Of a DNA stretch of 10,215 nt, positions 6,776-10,215 are shown one piece after another. Position numbers and translations under genes: made by a program. The first letter of the stretch is position 1; every line of letters starts with the position of its first letter. The notes beneath the pieces were generated by a model, which saw only the letters and a list, made by a program, of their open reading frames with translations, was not told the DNA's origin and did no database searches. The stretch is from Promethearchaeota archaeon. GTDB taxonomy: Archaea > Asgardarchaeota > Lokiarchaeia > Sigyniarchaeales > SOKP01. The stretch spans positions 1 through 10,215 of the forward strand of contig JAFGOA010000236.1 of assembly GCA_016926735.1 (NCBI GenBank), read 5' to 3'.

Positions 6776-9700
6776 TTAATTGATTTTTTTAACAAGATTT
6801 AAATATTCTATATTCCTAAATCTCAAGATAATTTTATCTTTCTCCTCTGATATCAAGTGTATTTCGGTATAATCTTTTAATTCTATTGCATTCATTATTT
6901 TCGAATAACAATATATAATAGATACTATCAATAACAAAGCTGCAATTGAGAATCCTAAAATATATGAACAGAAAAAGAATATCATCATTCCTGATATAGT
7001 TAGACCTAAGATAAATGAAATTACTATAACCAATCCATAAAGTGTTAAAAGTCTTTTCTTAATATTCATTTTACTTTGACAAGCAGTACATATTGGAAGT
7101 AGTAGAGTATAATTATTTTTATATAGTTTATCAATTGTAAATCTTCCATACAACATCTTTTGATAGGTAGAATCAGTTGTTTGTCCACAAATTAAGCATA
7201 TTCTTGGAAATAATATCTGGATTGGTTCTTTTAACTCACACCCAATTAAATTCAATTTATTTTTTATTAAATTATGGTTCTTCATTTTAACCTGATCTCT
7301 CTCCACATTTTGAGTAGTATAGTCCCAAAATTGACCATGAATTGGTCTAGTAGTAATTTTGTTTATTTTTTCGGAAGATAATATATTATAAAAATCGATA
7401 TTAGGTTGTATTTTAAAATTCTTTTTAAATTTTGAGATCTTTTCTTTTTTAATTTTCTTGTATGATACAACCTTTATGCTGATAAAAATGCCAATTATAC
7501 CTAAACCAACTAAACTAGCATAATTTAGTATTATAGTTATTATAGTGTTTCTGGGATTATTTGGATCTGAACCCCACTCTACTTCCATTCCATCTGAATA
7601 GCCATCTCCATCAGTATCATTAAGAAGAGGATTTGTTTGATAATGAATAACTTCTTCACCATCATATAATCCATCATTATCTGAATCGCTATCGTGTGGA
7701 TTAGTTTCATGTAAAAATTCGTAAAAATTGACTAATTTATCAAGATCAGCATCCTCATAAGAATCATCTAAATTATAATCCAAATTATTATCATATTCAT
7801 ACCCATCTGGCATTAAATCTCCATCGCTATCTATATTATTTGCTAATGTACCAATTTGAAATTCTAAAAGATTAGTAAGACCATCTCTATCAGTATCATC
7901 AGAAGCATCATCTTCCAGAAGATTTAATTCATTATAATATTCATACTCATCTGGTATTAAATCTCCCTCTGTATCATTATTATTTGCTAGTGAACCAATT
8001 TGAAATTCTAAGAGATTAGTAAGACCATCTTCATCATAATCATCTGAAGCATCATCTATTGTATAATTTAGACCACAATTATATTCATATCCATCAAATA
8101 TTAAATCTCCATCTGTATCTGAATTAGTAGCATTTGTCATAAGTATTAAAATTTCAAACTCATCTTTCAAACCATCATCATCAGTATCAGTACTTGAAGG
8201 ATTAGTATAATGTATAAATACTTCATCACCATCATATAATCCATCTCCATCAGTATCATTAAGAAGAGGATTAGTACCGCCATAATGCTCTACTCCATCA
8301 CTCAATCCATCATTATCAGTATCATTATCTTTAGGATCTGAATGAATAAATAATTCTATTAAATCTCCAAGAGTATCATTATCATAATCATCAGAAACTA
8401 CATTTTCTAATGTAATTATTCTATTTCCTTCAATCCGAGCTATTACACCATAATTTGTTAGATTTGATATTATACTAAAATTCTTTGTTCCAGAATAAAG
8501 TTCAAAACCAGTATTAGTAATTATATCCTCAGTTAGATCAAAATTTTCGTATATAATATCTGTATCATTTACAATACACGCAGCTAATGATATATTTAAT
8601 AATTCACCAACACCATATAATTGAAAAGTATAATTTATTTGATTTCCTGATTGGTTTAAGGAATAAGAAGCAAAATCCGTTTCTAATACAGCCTCTCCAG
8701 AAATACCATCATATTCTTGTGGATGATATTCATAACCTAAATAATTAGAACGCGCAACTGTTTCTGTATAGGTATAATCATATCGTTCCTCCATCGAGAT
8801 AACTCCATCTCCATTTAAATCTGTAGCCATATCTAGAGATTCAAGAAAATTATAAGTAAAGCAACCACTTTCTCTTTGTGAATCTTCTAAGCTATACTCA
8901 TCATCTTGAGAAGAAGACATTATATATCTACCAACTCCCTGAGTCTCGGGAATCATTCCACCACTATGACATGTATCCATTATAACATATTTTTCAACAC
9001 AATTCATTGCATATAATTTCCAATCTAAGAGAGAATCAATATAATAATTATCTGGATAATCAGGTATAGAATCATATGAACATAGATAATGAGTTCCATC
9101 AACTAATATTGCTTCATATTGATCAATTTCAAATCCCCAATCTACATATCTATTGCTGGTAAAAAACCTAATTACTAATGTATCATCAGAAAGAAGTGGA
9201 ATCCATGGAGACCAAATATCAATACCATGTCCTGCACATTTTGCATAATAATAACCATTGTGGAGATTAGAATCACCTAAATAAAGATAATCATAATTTA
9301 ATGTAGCTATTTTAGAAAGATGTACTCTCATATAACTCGCATATGGATGGGTAATATCCCAAGAATGATCATAACGATTAGTATAATTATGAGGTGATTC
9401 TATATTGATATAATATGGACCTTCTTCTGTTCCAAATCCTCCATGCCCAGAATAATAAAAGAAGAAAACATCATCAGGAGAGATTTGAGTAGATATTATA
9501 TCAAAAGCAGAATTTATAGCGGATTTGGTTGCTGTAGAATCTTGGAGAAGAAATATGTTTTCAGATTTAAAATTATAATCCTCAATTAACATTGAATATA
9601 TATCTTGAGCATCATCATCACAATATTCAAGATCAGCACTCGATCCAGGATAATCTGAAATACCAACAACTATCGCATAACCATTTTTTGCATTCGAAAC

Positions 9701-9895
9701 AGCTGACATCTTTAAGCTTGAGAGATTTTCTTTTTCGTCTTCTATATCTTCTTCAATAGGTAAATAATTAATACTTGAAGACTCTGAATTATTTTCTATC
9801 TTGTATGATATGAATGATATCATACAAAATGTTGAAAAAAAGCTGATTATAAGCAGAAGAAAATAACATTTCTTTAATTTTTTCAATTTTTTCAT
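6776..9895 (-). CDS. Membrane-anchored caspase-family (peptidase C14) protein with CUB-like insert, TSP3-like Ca-binding repeats, TM helices and Zn-ribbon
   Basis: Basic + hydrophobic N-terminal signal/anchor; YAIVVGISDY; FFFYYSGH151G; IMDTC309HSG; GCFT and HPQ of the p10 region; CUB-like aa ~161-263; 12 DxDxDG-type repeats aa 503-781; TM aa ~785-810; CLIC...CTAC aa 900-939; two more hydrophobic helices aa ~949-997. Confidence 0.88.
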   Translation of the reverse strand: MKKLKKLKKCYFLLLIISFFSTFCMISFISYKIENNSESSSINYLPIEEDIEDEKENLSSLKMSAVSNAKNGYAIVVGISDYPGSSADLEYCDDDAQDIYSMLIEDYNFKSENIFLLQDSTATKSAINSAFDIISTQISPDDVFFFYYSGHGGFGTEEGPYYINIESPHNYTNRYDHSWDITHPYASYMRVHLSKIATLNYDYLYLGDSNLHNGYYYAKCAGHGIDIWSPWIPLLSDDTLVIRFFTSNRYVDWGFEIDQYEAILVDGTHYLCSYDSIPDYPDNYYIDSLLDWKLYAMNCVEKYVIMDTCHSGGMIPETQGVGRYIMSSSQDDEYSLEDSQRESGCFTYNFLESLDMATDLNGDGVISMEERYDYTYTETVARSNYLGYEYHPQEYDGISGEAVLETDFASYSLNQSGNQINYTFQLYGVGELLNISLAACIVNDTDIIYENFDLTEDIITNTGFELYSGTKNFSIISNLTNYGVIARIEGNRIITLENVVSDDYDNDTLGDLIELFIHSDPKDNDTDNDGLSDGVEHYGGTNPLLNDTDGDGLYDGDEVFIHYTNPSSTDTDDDGLKDEFEILILMTNATNSDTDGDLIFDGYEYNCGLNYTIDDASDDYDEDGLTNLLEFQIGSLANNNDTEGDLIPDEYEYYNELNLLEDDASDDTDRDGLTNLLEFQIGTLANNIDSDGDLMPDGYEYDNNLDYNLDDSYEDADLDKLVNFYEFLHETNPHDSDSDNDGLYDGEEVIHYQTNPLLNDTDGDGYSDGMEVEWGSDPNNPRNTIITIILNYASLVGLGIIGIFISIKVVSYKKIKKEKISKFKKNFKIQPNIDFYNILSSEKINKITTRPIHGQFWDYTTQNVERDQVKMKNHNLIKNKLNLIGCELKEPIQILFPRICLICGQTTDSTYQKMLYGRFTIDKLYKNNYTLLLPICTACQSKMNIKKRLLTLYGLVIVISFILGLTISGMMIFFFCSYILGFSIAALLLIVSIIYCYSKIMNAIELKDYTEIHLISEEKDKIILRFRNIEYLNLVKKIN
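7553..8389 (-). repeat. Intragenic array of 12 thrombospondin type 3-like (DxDxDG-x-x-D-x-x-E...T-N-P) repeats
   Basis: Units of 22-26 aa starting at aa 503, 525, 547, 570, 593, 619, 641, 667, 689, 715, 737 and 760. DNA-level copies at 7851 vs 7995 (144-bp period) and a 32-bp exact repeat at 7602-7633 / 8241-8272. Confidence 0.9.
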
Positions 9896-10064
9896 TTTAT
9901 TTATTTTAAAATTGGATTTATTAAAACATATAATATAAAATCATATTTAAAAGTATATTGATCAGTCTTTTTTTGAGAATCCTTTTAAAAAGAAAAGATA
10001 AAGAAAAATTAAAGATACAAAATTGAAATTAGATTATATTTTGGTTAATTTTCTTATTAAGTAT

Positions 10065-10215
10065 TTATGTACGGTAAATGTTTACTACGCAAGTACCTCC
10101 AGATCCACCTAAATTATGCGTAAGAGCTATTTCTACATCTTTAACCTGTCTATTTCTTTCAGCAATACCGCGTAATTGTTTAAATATTTCTACAGCATGA
10201 GCTGCTCCAGTAGCA
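10065..10215 (-). CDS. 3' end of a thiolase (SCP2-type / archaeal acetyl-CoA acetyltransferase-like), partial
   Basis: Not in the ORF track. Manual translation from 10214 gives [49 protein letters not shown], containing the ATG, QLRG.A..RQV and HNLGG motifs of the SCP2-type thiolase C-terminus. Confidence 0.9.
   Translation of the reverse strand, partial: ATGAAHAVEIFKQLRGIAERNRQVKDVEIALTHNLGGSGGTCVVNIYRT

Noticed and set aside
7553-8389. Repeats as a CRISPR array or DGR template/variable pair
   Set aside because: Repeats are in-frame, degenerate coding units with no constant repeat/unique spacer pattern, and no cas or reverse transcriptase gene is in the window.
6776-9895. Caspase as a CRISPR/CBASS/gasdermin-linked death effector
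   Set aside because: No SAVED, CARF, TPR, NTPase or gasdermin partner is visible, and the protease domain appears to be exported.

Overview
Very AT-rich prokaryotic window. The gene types and oligo-T terminators suggest an archaeon, possibly Asgard/Lokiarchaeia (inference; no marker gene is present). Left to right: a probably 5'-truncated coiled-coil CDS; a two-gene minus-strand unit of a YghO/bacterial-ceramide-synthase-like tandem GNAT and a ThiF-family adenylyltransferase lacking Zn motifs; a ~1.63 kb IS of the Mutator/IS256-like DDE class; a second tandem GNAT; a type I phosphoribosyltransferase; a 1039-aa membrane-anchored caspase-like (C14) protein; and the 3' end of a thiolase gene missed by the ORF track. 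The IS has 23-bp imperfect TIRs and an 8-bp TSD, sits in a divergent promoter region, carries one in-frame TAG in its transposase and has a long leader hairpin. Removing the IS leaves a compact ThiF + GNAT <-> GNAT cluster, a candidate amide-forming/acylation system. The caspase-like protein has a CUB-like domain inserted between its catalytic His and Cys, 12 TSP3-like repeats, and a likely cytoplasmic Zn-ribbon, giving it a receptor-like architecture. All family calls come from motif recognition by eye, not database searches.
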